NCBI GenBank assembly: GCA_965655095.1 | Contig: OZ296648.1 | Span: 51,832,001 to 51,896,000 of the forward strand | DNA from: Haplodiscus bocki | Taxonomy: Eukaryota | Direction: 5' to 3' | Length of the DNA: 64,000 bases | Part shown: positions 13,735 to 25,205 of the stretch, one piece after another | Layout of the letters: each line of letters begins with the position of its first letter | Numbering within the stretch: the stretch's first letter is position 1 | Position numbers and translations under genes: made by a program | Notes under the pieces: generated by a model | Seen by the model: the letters and a program-made list of their open reading frames with translations, nothing else | What the model was told of the DNA's origin: nothing | The model's database searches: none

Positions 13735-14160
13735 TTATGACCACAAATAAAAAGATCTGTCACGACAACCTTTTGGGCCAAAGTTTTGTGTAGTCTGGCC
13801 GCGGAAGATGCCTGCTTCAGGATGAGGATCACTCTGGGAGTCGTCCTCATTCGTTCCCTGGTTTTCCACGTTTGTGTTCCGGAATGTTCCCGGAACGGTT
13901 TCGAAAGGCGTATGTATCTGTTGGTTCGAGAGAAATTCGTCTAATTTAGTCAGAGCACCCAAAATGCGGGACTCTGTCCTGCTGAACTCCTGGGACAGTT
14001 TTTTACTGATTCTGCCTTCAATCTCCTCAGAAACTTGTGTGATATATTCCTCATTAATTCTAGGAACGGACGTGTTTCGTGACTGGCCGTTCCTAGGATT
14101 TTCCTCTTGTGTTTCTCTTGTAACGGCTGCCAACTTTCGTTTGTTTCTCAACGTTGCCAT
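13735..14160 (-). CDS. N-terminal gag-like ORF of an LTR retrotransposon, 3'-truncated
   Basis: Clean ATG ORF MATLRNKRKLAAVTRETQEE...EFSRTESRILGALTKLDEFL. The M-x-x-LR-[SN] start followed by a helical segment is typical of Gypsy-type gag leaders. It lies directly after an LTR-like block and composition changes abruptly near 13757. Confidence 0.55.
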   Translation of the reverse strand: MATLRNKRKLAAVTRETQEENPRNGQSRNTSVPRINEEYITQVSEEIEGRISKKLSQEFSRTESRILGALTKLDEFLSNQQIHTPFETVPGTFRNTNVENQGTNEDDSQSDPHPEAGIFRGQTTQNFGPKGCRDRSFYLWS

Positions 14161-14174
14161 TTTTGAGGGGAAAA

Positions 14175-15041
14175 TGCTACGCAGTTATGAAGACTGAATT
14201 ATTTTGTATTTGTTAATGAACTTGAGATTATAACAAAAATGTTATTCTTTAAAATAAACAACTAGTCGCAATCAGTACAGTCAACTGATAATCAAAGTGA
14301 TAATAAGGATCTCCCCTTAGTACTTTCGTTTCTGCTATTTATACCTTTTCCTTGGCAGGAAGCATAATTGTTTACACGCCAAGTAAAGGTACAAAGTAGG
14401 GAAAAGTACTTTGATCATAATAACTACAAAGAAATTACGCCGACTCTGGCGGGAAATAAACACATTTCCCTCCATTTCTTCCTTTACAGACCGCGTCTTT
14501 TCCATCTTTCGACGGAAAATATACGGGTCTGATCAGTCGGAAATGGATATCAAAGTGCTTATTCCCGCGCCGACACAATAAATAATAACATAAACAAATG
14601 ATTAAAAAGATTTTCCATAAGAGGAAAGTATTATAAAATGCACCAAAATTAGGTAAAATACACTAAAATAATCATAGAAAATCATAATTACATGCTTGGT
14701 AATACTATTGCATCGATTATATTCACTTTTCGGAACGAAACTAGGCTTTTTCCTAGCCCGTTCCACGTTATTTACGGATGGTTTGTCATTTTGGAGAAAG
14801 TGTTCCGGAACGGCTACGTGGCCGCTTGTAGCACTGCTCTCCGCAGTGCTACTGAGGAGAATGAATCTGGTGGCCACGTAGACGTTCCGTGTTCGTCCAA
14901 ATCGACACAGCATAAAAGCACAGCTTATTGGTTGAAAGTTTCGTGACGTCACCAGATCGGTAGCGACGTAGCGCGCACGTAACAAAATATTCATTCCTAG
15001 CTTAGAGTAGCTGCTAGGTAGGTACGTGTTCGTTACGTACA
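14175..15041 (-). mobile_element. Putative 5' LTR
   Basis: Minus strand begins TGTACGTAAC and ends CTGCGTAGCA (TG...CA with short imperfect terminal inverted repeat). TATAAATA at 14343-14336. Ends 14 bp before the gag-like ATG. No partner LTR in the window. Confidence 0.5.
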
Positions 15042-18000
15042 AAAGTTGCGTCCCAATCTGGTTCAGTACACGGGAGTGCTACGTATAAAATACGTAGAAT
15101 TTGTATGAAAATATACTGGGGAGTGATACGTATTTGATACGTATCAACTACATGTAAAAGCAATGATATATTACTGCAATATTAATATATGAATGAAAAT
15201 GGAAAAGTCGAAAGTATTAATACAGTTTCTTCTATTTTTCAGGCATTTTGGGGATGTCCTTTCCTTTCTTTATGCTCGTAGGCTTCGCGGATATACTGCG
15301 ACAATATCAATTGTATTCTATTATCTTTTTCGAACTTTTAGCACCTGGGTTTGCAGATTTTTTGTTCAATTAACTTCCGTTTCCATTCTCAAAATAGCAT
15401 AGAAAGCGATAAGAGGCGAACACGATAACTAAGTGGCCTTGAGAGAAATACTTCAAAGGAACAACCTTTTCAAGGTGACTGCTAATCGATTTATTGATTA
15501 TCATGGCAAGAATCGTTCTCAGACCCAAACATGGAGATTTTACATCCGTGGCAAATGGACCGTTTAGCTTGTTTATCCTCTTTTATATTTCCATATTTCC
15601 TAAATATCTTTTTCTGTCAAACGCAGGTGATATTTGCTCCCGCCTAGAAATTTAATTGATCTTAAAATTTTCAATAGAAGAAGTTTTCTTTAAAATGAAA
15701 ACATGGGGCCTCCTGGTCTATAGATTATTGTTATGAGATCATTCAAAACATGAATCTTCTCTAAGATATGACCCTAATTTGCATTGCCCAGGCTGACCTC
15801 CATAAAAAACATTGAACTGATGAACTGTCACTTATGGTAGTGTATGAAAAAATCCAGGCCATTAGCCTTTACCATAAAGACAAGTGGATGTCATGAGATT
15901 TATAAGCAGTCCGTAAAAAGTGCATTTTATGACTTCCATGGCTTCATAAAGCCATTGTATGACTCAACTGACACACAACTATTCTCATTTCCTGTTAGTT
16001 TGGGGCCAATTTTACCGCGGCTCTTTGGTGGCCTTGTGAGTGCCAAACTTCTTTCCATGGTCAGCTGATACTAGACAGACGTTAAACGAGACCAATCCCT
16101 TCATTGTTCAGTTGTTTAGTTGTTTTTCGCTCATCAGTACGATTCCTTTAAACTCCTACGCTTCAAACGAAACTGAAGTCTCATGTTCGGTTATTAATTT
16201 TTCATTTCTATTTCAGACGCGGTGAATCCACTGCCAATAGGGCTAAACACCAGTGCCTGAGCTAATCTTAACTTGAGCACATCACGTAAAAAGGTGCTAA
16301 CCAGTAAGTGGCACAAAGATCTGAAATTAAATGATAAGACTACCTTCTTCCTTCTGGTCTTTTATTTTTCTGGCTCAAAACCTTGAGTATGCGCCAATTC
16401 GATGTTGCATTTCGCACTTGCGCGAACTGGTTCGTGAAAAACATCCATTAGAAACCAAAAGCAGTAATTTTTGCATTTTTTGTTTCTTATTGCATAAGGG
16501 TTGAATAATTCCTTTCAATTCCCAGCTGCTTTTTATCGAAAAAGAAAATATTTCTGCTCGTATACCACTTTTGATCATGATTAGTTCACACGTTTCAATG
16601 TAAATTAAAATGGAAATTTAAATAATTGATAATTCTTACGTTGTTGTCTTCATTAGCTTCTTTATTCTTCATGATAACGCGGTAAGTAAGATTATGAAGT
16701 TGAATTGAATTAAAAATGGCGCTGAGATGAAATTTCCTGTTGGCGACCACCATTTGTATTCTTTTATTAACTGAAACGTTTCAGCTTCATAAACTGTTTG
16801 GTCTATACCGAAAGTTCTACTGATACTAAGTGGAATTAGCGTTGACTTCCGCTATATGTATCACATCGAAAACTGCAGAAAAAATTCAATGAATCACTGT
16901 CTGTCATTTTGAGAAGGTACTTACCATAATTTCCTACCAAATATTCTTTCTATTGGTAAAAGATCTCCATTTCCGACTACTTTTTTGACTACTTTTTTGA
17001 CTTCTAGGTTGGTTTTGACAATTTTTCCAAAATGTGGTCCGAATTCCGACTGCAGGTAGTATTTACTTCCTACTTAAGTTATGCCTTCCAATCCTGTTGC
17101 TAGTCGATAAGAAATCACATCAACCCTCCAGTAAGATTATGAAAAGCACCGGCTAACGATAAAATCTAACAGTATGTGAGCATTCACATCTCTAGGAGTT
17201 TTTGATTTTTGTTCTAAGCTGGACTACGCAGATAATAGCCTTCAAAGAGCAATTCCACCCAGCTAGAGGAAGAAAGGCTTCACAGAAAGTTGTGTAATTT
17301 GGAAAATTTTAAAATAACTAGTTATTCTGTGAAAAAACATGACCAAGATGCCGGTAAACATCTAACCAAAAAATCAACATGTCCCTTGGGAAACATCGGA
17401 GATTTTGGAAGAATGTTGAAATCATCATCTTTCCATTTGCTTTGGAACGTTCGTGAAAAAAATGGGCATCACATCAGCATCACACCATCATCAAAAAATG
17501 CCATGTTTTAATGCATTATCAGCCATTCCTAGGAACGCGAAAAAATCAAATTTAGTTAGCATGTCATTGACTGGCAATTTTGATAATAGTGAGGAGCTCG
17601 GTATGTTCCACTTTGCAGGTTAACAAGCAACAAACAGTTTACCAAAATTAGCACTCTCAAACATAATAGGGAATGATTATCATAGGTTTTGCTGTAAACA
17701 CCAGGGTAGTTTGATTTGCGTCGATTTTGAGCTGCTATGAAAGTTTTAGTTTTGTAGTTCAAGAAATTTGGCCAAGTTTTTTTCCTCAACAAATCCCTTC
17801 CAAACTAATTTTTTTCATCTCCTCTTGAATTATTTCGATAAATTTCGGTATGAATCGGCTTTGTAGAGTCTTACAAAATCACCTAAACTGGTCTGGAACA
17901 AATTAACGAATAGCAGAGTATAGAGGACGATACAAGGTCCATAACTTTTTAAAAACAAAGCAAGAGGTGCAATCGCGCTGCAATTTTTTCCGTCAGTGGG

Positions 18001-18069
18001 CCGGAAAAAGATTGACCGAAGATACAACTAATCAATTCCACAACTAAACCCAATATTGACAAGACTAAT

Positions 18070-21000
18070 CATTATAGACAAAAACATTGTTGGATAGAAT
18101 TGAGCCGATAGCTTTAGAGAACTTTGAATTTGAACATCGACAAGTTATGATAAAAATTGGAACTTTCCGCCTTCCTGGTCTTTCAAAATTCCAATACATA
18201 AAATGAAAATTATTGTTCAATAAAACTGTCAAAAAAAATAAAAATACTAAAATCCGTGGGTTCAGACCTTGTTAGAAAATTCAAAGCTGTAGTAAATCAG
18301 AAACATGTGGTAGAACATCAAGATATGTTCAAACAAAGAGCACTTCTTCCACTTTAGGCTAATCACGATTCCAAGTTCGATAACTGGAACAAATTTTGAA
18401 ATCTCTGGAAACAAAGAATTCCGTCTCAAGTGAAAAACAATCAATGGATACCTTGACCGAAGGAGGAAGCAAGTGGATCTGAAGCAATTCGACTTTGACT
18501 AACGAGGCATGCCGAGACTAATATCATTTTTTGGTAATTTCGTTGCATCAGAAGAACACCGCCTAAAAATCACTTCCAGTGCTTTTTCAAGGAATAGTCC
18601 CACGCAAGTAGAAGCCATTAGATCCCGACCTTGAAAAAAGAAATCAGTCAGTTTTTACAGTGAAACATCAGTTTGAAAATGGTCTTGACTCTGTATTACC
18701 GGCATTTCTGAATCATCGGATTTTCACTCCACAGCACAAAAATATGCTTTCGCAACAAACTTCCAGTGTAAATAAAACTCTTTAGAGTGGGACATTGTAG
18801 GACGAAATCAGGTCAGTGTTTTTGAAGGAACACTGTTTCAAAATTCAGATGAGTCCAATATAAAAAATTTTCTGGCACTTTCGGTCTGTCAAGGTATTAA
18901 AGCAGGAAAAGAAATGTTACTGAACTATGCTATTCGAAAAACCAAAAAATTGCGAATCAGACATTGGTGGAAGGAAACAGACTTGTAGTTATAGAGAAAC
19001 TTTAGTTTTAAAATAGAGCCTTTTGACTACTACGAGCATTTTGGCATCCTGAGACTATCAAAACTGCAACGCAAGGACTAGATTCAATCGTGTTTAAACC
19101 GAATAATCAACCAAAAACAAAAACCTTAAGATTCAGACACGGATGCCAGAATTCAATTCAGCTGCTCCAAAGAACTTTGAGTCAGAAAATTGGAAGAAAG
19201 TCAGAAATGAGAACAGTTTTCTGGCATATCGAACTGCAAGAATGCCAACGTAAAAACCGAAGTCAACCTTTTTTCACAACAACAGTTTTCTAGGATCAAG
19301 AAAACATAAATTGTGACTTCGATGGAGGAAATTTGGATTGTACTTACAACGAAATACGAAATTGAACGTCCAGGTTGGTTAAAGTTGAATATTTTTTGAG
19401 TATTTTCAGTCATTTCGGTTTCTGATGCAAGGAGCAGACTGGTTCTATTTTAAACTCAAAGCCTCTAGAAGTACAAAAAGGTCCAATTGAAGCCTTGATG
19501 AAAGAAATTAGGTCTGTTTAACCGGAGAAAAATTAGTTTGATTCTCGGGTTGATACGAAATCAATAGCATTTTCTGGAAGCTACGGACAGTCAGAATTCC
19601 GAACCAAAGATAAAACACATGTTTTTCCAAATAAATCCGCTAAATCAGGTGCTAAGGCTCGATTGAGACTCTGATCGATGGAATCAAACTTCTAGTTATG
19701 GAGAAACAAGAAGTCGAATATCCATAACAAGCTACATTGAGAGCACCTTTTGGAATATTTGCATTCTTTTGATTCGGAGGCCAAATTCAAAGTTACGACT
19801 TCTCAATTGAATCATCCTCCGGTACAACTTTACAGCTTTTTATCGAGATCTCAACAAAAGACATCAAAAATGTAGTTGTGGAGAAAGGTGGTTTAGAATA
19901 CCGATATAACTCAAATTTCAAAAGCTTCCGAGAATTTTCAGAGTCTTGGCACTCAGACGCAAAGACTTGAAAAGATAGTTCCACAATTCAGCACCGTTTT
20001 ACAAGCAGAAAATTTTCGGTGCAAAACCTGATGGAAAAAGTAATCTTGTAGTTACAGGGAAAAACACTTTGAATCTCGGGATGTTAAAAAATCAATAGCA
20101 CATTTAGGAACCTCCGGACAATCAAAAATCCAAACATAATGTCGGATCTGATTATTTTTCAAACAAACTATTCTCAACAAATGCGAATTTTTTGAAAGAG
20201 ACCTTGATGGAAACATTGAACCTGTAGAATATTGAGTTTATGAGATTGAGTATTGGAAGGAATCTTGATAGCACTTTTTGCAGTTTTCAGACTCTCATTG
20301 TTTTGACCCACCGACAAAAGTCTTTCGTGGTTCATTCCAATCTTCCTCCAGAAGTGTGAGGCTTTCAATTGACCCCTCGACTCAAGAAATCCAACGTGCA
20401 GTCCCTGATATATTTGATTTTGAAAATCGATGAAAATCAAAATAGTAGTTTCTTTTGAAAAGTTCGGACAATCAGGAATCTGACGCAAGGATTGAATTAC
20501 ATTTTTTTAAGTGACACCTTTCTCTAAAAGTCAAAAACCTTCTAATGAGAACTTGATGTACGAAAACAAGTCTACTTTTGCACCTGAAAATCGGTTCGAA
20601 AATCGAGATAAATTAAAACTAAAAGCAATCCGCAGAATGTTCAGACTGTCAGCGATCTGTTGCAAGGACTAACATGAATTGTTTTTGTTTTGAATCGGAA
20701 TCACGTCCGCAAGACTGAAATATTTGAAAATTTTTTGATAGAAAAAAACAGGCAACTTAATTCGCAATTATATGAGTGTGAATGTCGAAGTAAATCAACA
20801 TTAATAGTAAGTCTTGGTTTTTGGGACTATAAAGCATCTGATGCCAGGAAGAAGACTAAAGTAAGTTTTTATGAAATATTACCTTCCAAGAGCAAATTTT
20901 CCGACTGAGAATTTGCTGAAAAAAATCAGAACTGCAGTTACGGTGAACAACGAGCTCAAAAATCGAAGAATCAAAATTGATGACAGCTTTTGGATGTTCC

Positions 21001-21600
21001 GTATTATCAGGTTTTTGACGGAAGGTTTTTTAATAAAATTTTTCAGTCGAAAGGACTTGTGAAGGTTGAAAGCATTCAATTGGGTCCTAGATGGAAAAAT
21101 CTAGCCGGTGGTTACGGTAGAAGTTGATTCTGAATATCAAGCAAAATCAAAACTAAAAGCACTTCTTGGAAAATGCTGACTACCAGCATTTTCATGCGAG
21201 GAAGAGGATCCACAACGCTGCAATCACATAGTTTGTCACAGACTGAAAGTTTTTGATTGAGACTCGGTTGGAAGAAACCAAGCTTGTAGTTGCTCCATTA
21301 ATTGATCTCTAATATCGAGGTAAACCAATAAGGATAGCATTCTCAAGAATTTTCGGACTGTCAATACTCTCTCGTGAGGCATATAGCCACCGCCTTGTTA
21401 ATGGAATACTCTTGTAAAAGCAGATTGTTTTCGATTGAGAGCCAGTGGAAGGAATTGAAATCCATGTTTCTGGAAATAAGTGAGTTCCAACTTCAAGGAA
21501 AATCAAAACTAATTGCGCTTTTTGGCATGACCTGAATCTGGGGATCACAGAACGAGATGATCCAGCGTCAAAACTTCTGAAACATGTTTGTACTTTCTCA
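18070..21600. repeat. Highly diverged ~177-bp tandem array, about 20 units
   Basis: Motifs like GAGACCTTGATGGAA..CTTGTAGTTATGGAGAA..GGACTATCAGG recur at about 18085, 18263, 18445, 18625, 18790, 18960, 19135, 19315, 19490, 19666, 20025, 20197, 20548, 21260 and 21435. Confidence 0.75.
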
Positions 21601-21894
21601 GTCCGGAGAAACTAGAGAAAGAAGAAAATAGCTACCAAAAAGCTGAAAGGAAACTCCAGTTTTTACACTTATAGTTAAAATTTAACAGAATTACAGATTT
21701 TTTCGATTTCTTCAAGAAATCGGTTTTTTCCCATTTCTTACAAAATATTGAGAAACAAACGAACTAGTTAAAATACTTCACAATACTGAACAATTTTCAG
21801 AGAAAAGGTCACTTATCTAATAAAAACTTTTAATTTGTCGAAAGAAAACGATTTTCGAAAACTAAAAGAAAAGGTTTTGTCAAGGGGTATCTAG

Positions 21895-22624
21895 AAATAT
21901 CTGAAACACCTGAACCACCACGAGCTCCCCCATCAACCCAAACAACATTTGGACCTTCTTCGGATCTAGAAACCCGAGTCAGACAATTGGAAGAAGAAAA
22001 TACCAAGGCAGGGATAGTCGCGAAACAATTGCATCCTTTTACCGCTCTCAATTCGCCTTTCTCTATGATAGAATTCGATCCTTGGAGTCTGGAGGCACAG
22101 ACACTATCTTGTGGAAATTAACTTCATTGAAATTAGTCTTCGACACCGCCAATTCTTCTGCTCGACTGGACAACGCTGCCAAAGACCCCAGTACTCATTC
22201 TAATAGCCCAGTGTACCGCACGCACCCTTACGGCTATAACTTCTTTGTTCAGTTCTACCCATACGGTCTGGACTCTGCCGCTGGAAATCACTCTTCAATT
22301 ATCTTCGCTTTCTTTCCCGGCCAATACGATGGGTTATTGACATGGCCGTTCCCCAAAACGATTCAACTCTCAGTCCGCGATCAACTCGACCCCCAGAATA
22401 CGTGGACTATCACCTTCGCAGCCTCCGAGAAGATATCCTTTCGATGGCCTACCAGAGAACCATTACCTACTCTGATGACCTTCAACTTCTTCCCACACAG
22501 CAAGGTGTTCAGCAGAACTGAAGACTTTCTTTTATATGATACTTTATATTTGGAGATAAAATTCACTGACTTACCCAGCCCTGAAAGCGCCACTCCTTCA
22601 ACATCCCGACCATCCTTTTTATAG
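21895..22624 (+). pseudogene. Intronless TRAF-like segment: coiled-coil stub + TRAF-C/MATH domain, 5'-truncated with one frameshift
   Basis: ILWKLTSL, SPVYRTHPYGYNFFVQFYPYG, GNHSSIIF..PGQYDGLLTWPF, LSVRDQ, SFRWPT and FLLYDTLYLEI match the TRAF MATH pattern (LWKI, SPxFYT..GY, GTHLS, GEYDxLLxWPF, LLDQ, SFxRP, DDTLFI). The upstream coiled coil DLETRVRQLEE/..FLYDRIRSLE is joined by a 1-bp frameshift near 22010. No in-frame ATG upstream of the domain. Confidence 0.88.
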
Positions 22625-22799
22625 AACCCCCTAATCTTTTTTCTACCCTTTTAACCCCTGTGAGTTGTCGCGTTATAGCTAACGCTTAAACAGATATATT
22701 AGATTTCTTAAATACGCGCAGTAAGCTTTTAAACAGGAAATGACTAATGTTTAACAAGAGAACTGCAGTCGCTATTGACTAACCTGGGAGCTGGTGGAC

Positions 22800-25205
22800 G
22801 ATATAAAATAATATGCTATATGAAAGAAAGCTGAAGAATTGGAATTGCACAAGGAAAGGAAAAAAGCAAAAATTCTAAATTGCTGGCTCAACGCGATTGG
22901 CTCAACGACTGGTCACGAAGTATGATGACGTAGCTTCGTATTGTAGCTGGTACGGGAAAACGGCTTGATCATTACTTACTTACTCGCTTACCGTATGGCA
23001 GCCTTACTCTTTCCCCTTTACCTTACCTTACTCTCCTCTTTCCTTTTACTTTACTGCCTTTCCTTTTAACCTTACTTCCCTTCCATTCTTGCTGGGTTAA
23101 AATTATTCGAAATTCTCTTCTCTCTTCACTTCGGACAAAAATATTCGAAGTCCTTTTTCTTTCTGACTTAGAAAAAAATCCCCCTTGTGCCTACAAACTC
23201 CATACTCACTTTATTCATTCGCTTTCCTACCGTCAACTGGCCTAATTCCCCGAGGAGAAACTATCTTCCACTTTCCCCTCATCATGTTTCTAGCGCTGAA
23301 TTCTTGCTCTGAAAATATCTTAAAACAATTTCAAGACTTGTCTTTGCCAAATTTCTTCATCGCCTCTTCGAAAATATTCAAAGACTTTTTCGCCTGCAAA
23401 CTTATCTTAGCCGCAAATCGTCAACTATATCCCGGAAATATTCAAAGACCTTTCGAGCAGCAATCAACAGCAGCAACCAGCATCAGCAACCAGCAGCAGC
23501 AATCAACAGCAGCAACCAGCAGCAGTAATCAACAGCAGCAACCAGCAGCAGCAATCAACAGCAGCAACCAGCAGCAGCAATCAACAGCAGCAACCAGCAC
23601 CAGCAATCAACAGCAGCAATTAGCGGCAACAACCAGCTTTCATCCTACCAGCAGCACCTACACAATCCACGACGACTTCCGTTAGTTCCGACTACGGTTC
23701 CTAGCAGAGGCTTGTCCGGCTAGAAGTTGATATAGGATTAGTCGCCCGGTATCAGCGTGCAGCCACCGCACCGTGGCCCATTTTGTGACTTTTCCATTTT
23801 TCTAAAATCCTTTTTTTGTGAATTTTTCCCTTTTTTGCTAAGACCTAGTTTTAATTATTAATTGGTAAAAGTAAAATGTTTATTATTCACGACCTATCGG
23901 CAGTCCCTATGACGTATGCCTTGGTCGCAGATAAAAGAGATTGAAATTTATTGCTGGTGACCTTTGTGTCCGGACTGTTAATCGGCAGGTGACAAAATAC
24001 CAGCCTTAAGATTACACCCGACGAGTGGTTTTATACCACACGGTGGTGATTTTTCAAACTAAGAGTAGTGTAAAAAGCATGTAATTTGAAATGCATGTAA
24101 TACTCAACTCCCTTTCCCTAAATACTGGCCTATCCAGCTGGGACTAAAACAGGGACTAGGAGGTTAACCCATTAGCCTAGAAACCTAGAGCATTGCGTGG
24201 TTTAGCTAAACGTAAAACAAACGGTAAAACAAACTGGCTAAAAAAAAGCCGACTAGACAAGACGGAAAGTGTACATCACCCGCACTAGTCAAAAAGTATA
24301 ACGGTGTATGTCTTTGTTCTGTTTACAGATATTCCACATCCAACAACAGCAGCAGTAATCATGGATATGGATCGTCTTTGATCTTAAGATTTTAGAATTT
24401 ATGAATTCTTGGGACTAAATTTGCATATTCCAATTTTCTAATTTTGATGATTCAATTTAAATGGACTAAAGTGAAAGGGTCCAATTTCTATCTATGATTT
24501 TACAGATTCTTAACTTAATTCAATAAATTCAACTTTTATATTTAATTTTATATTTTCAATCCAGACTAAAATAAACTAGTCTGAATTGGTGTGATGTTAT
24601 TTATACCTTTACTTCTAAAGTGAAATTAATTTAATGTGATTCGATTTTTAACTTTTATAAATTCTAACAATTTGTGGCATCCCCTTACAACCCTGTCTTT
24701 AGTCTTCTGACTTCTTGTTGAATAAAGTGCTGCCCTTCCACTAAATCCACGGTTAAATTTAAATTGGAGTTGACTAATTGAAAATTAAAATTCTTCATAT
24801 ATTGTTGAAACTAATGTTGAAATTGAAATAAAAGAAGAGAAGAATTGACTGAATTGTATAACATTAAAGACCATATGGCAATTTTCCCTGTGCTATCCCA
24901 CGCTTACAGTCTCAGGCAAAGCTGAGTAATTTCCCCTTACGTACGTGCAGACATTTTCCTTTCAGCAATTCAACATATTGAAATACGTTCACTAATAATT
25001 TAACTTTCCCTTGTATCATTCTCCACTATATCTCACAAGTCCTTGCTTGAATTCACGCAATCCCTTTACTCGCACGGTAAAGCAAGGCACACTATTGAGA
25101 CTTACAAATAATAACCGTCGCTACAACGCAGCAGTGCTGACTGAGTCAACCGCCAGCACGACTAAGTAAATATTTGATTTGCAACACCCCTACTACGTGC
25201 GAACA
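22800..25205 (+). mobile_element. Putative long (~2.4 kb) LTR following the TRAF ORF
   Basis: Non-coding block preceded by the G-rich tract GGGAGCTGGTGGACGA (possible PPT), containing simple-sequence tracts and AATAAA motifs, and ending ...CTACTACGTGCGAACA before an abrupt return to background sequence. No second copy in the window, so this is inference. Confidence 0.35.
23456..23660 (+). repeat. Low-complexity CAGCAGCAA(TCAA/C) minisatellite
   Basis: Mixed 10- and 13-bp units (CAGCAGCAAC, CAGCAGCAATCAA) in tandem. Confidence 0.85.

Noticed and set aside
14826-14870. Type III hammerhead ribozyme
   Set aside because: CUGAGGA is present, but stem II is absent, GAAA is GAAU, the cleavage-site base would be G, and it is antisense to the LTR.
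16217-16302. Exon-like segment with good AG and GTAAGT sites
   Set aside because: Stops in all three frames and no recognisable product.
23185-23685. Gln/Ser-rich 166-aa ORF as a real protein
   Set aside because: TTG start, and the repeat units are 10 and 13 bp so the frame cycles. It is a stop-free minisatellite.
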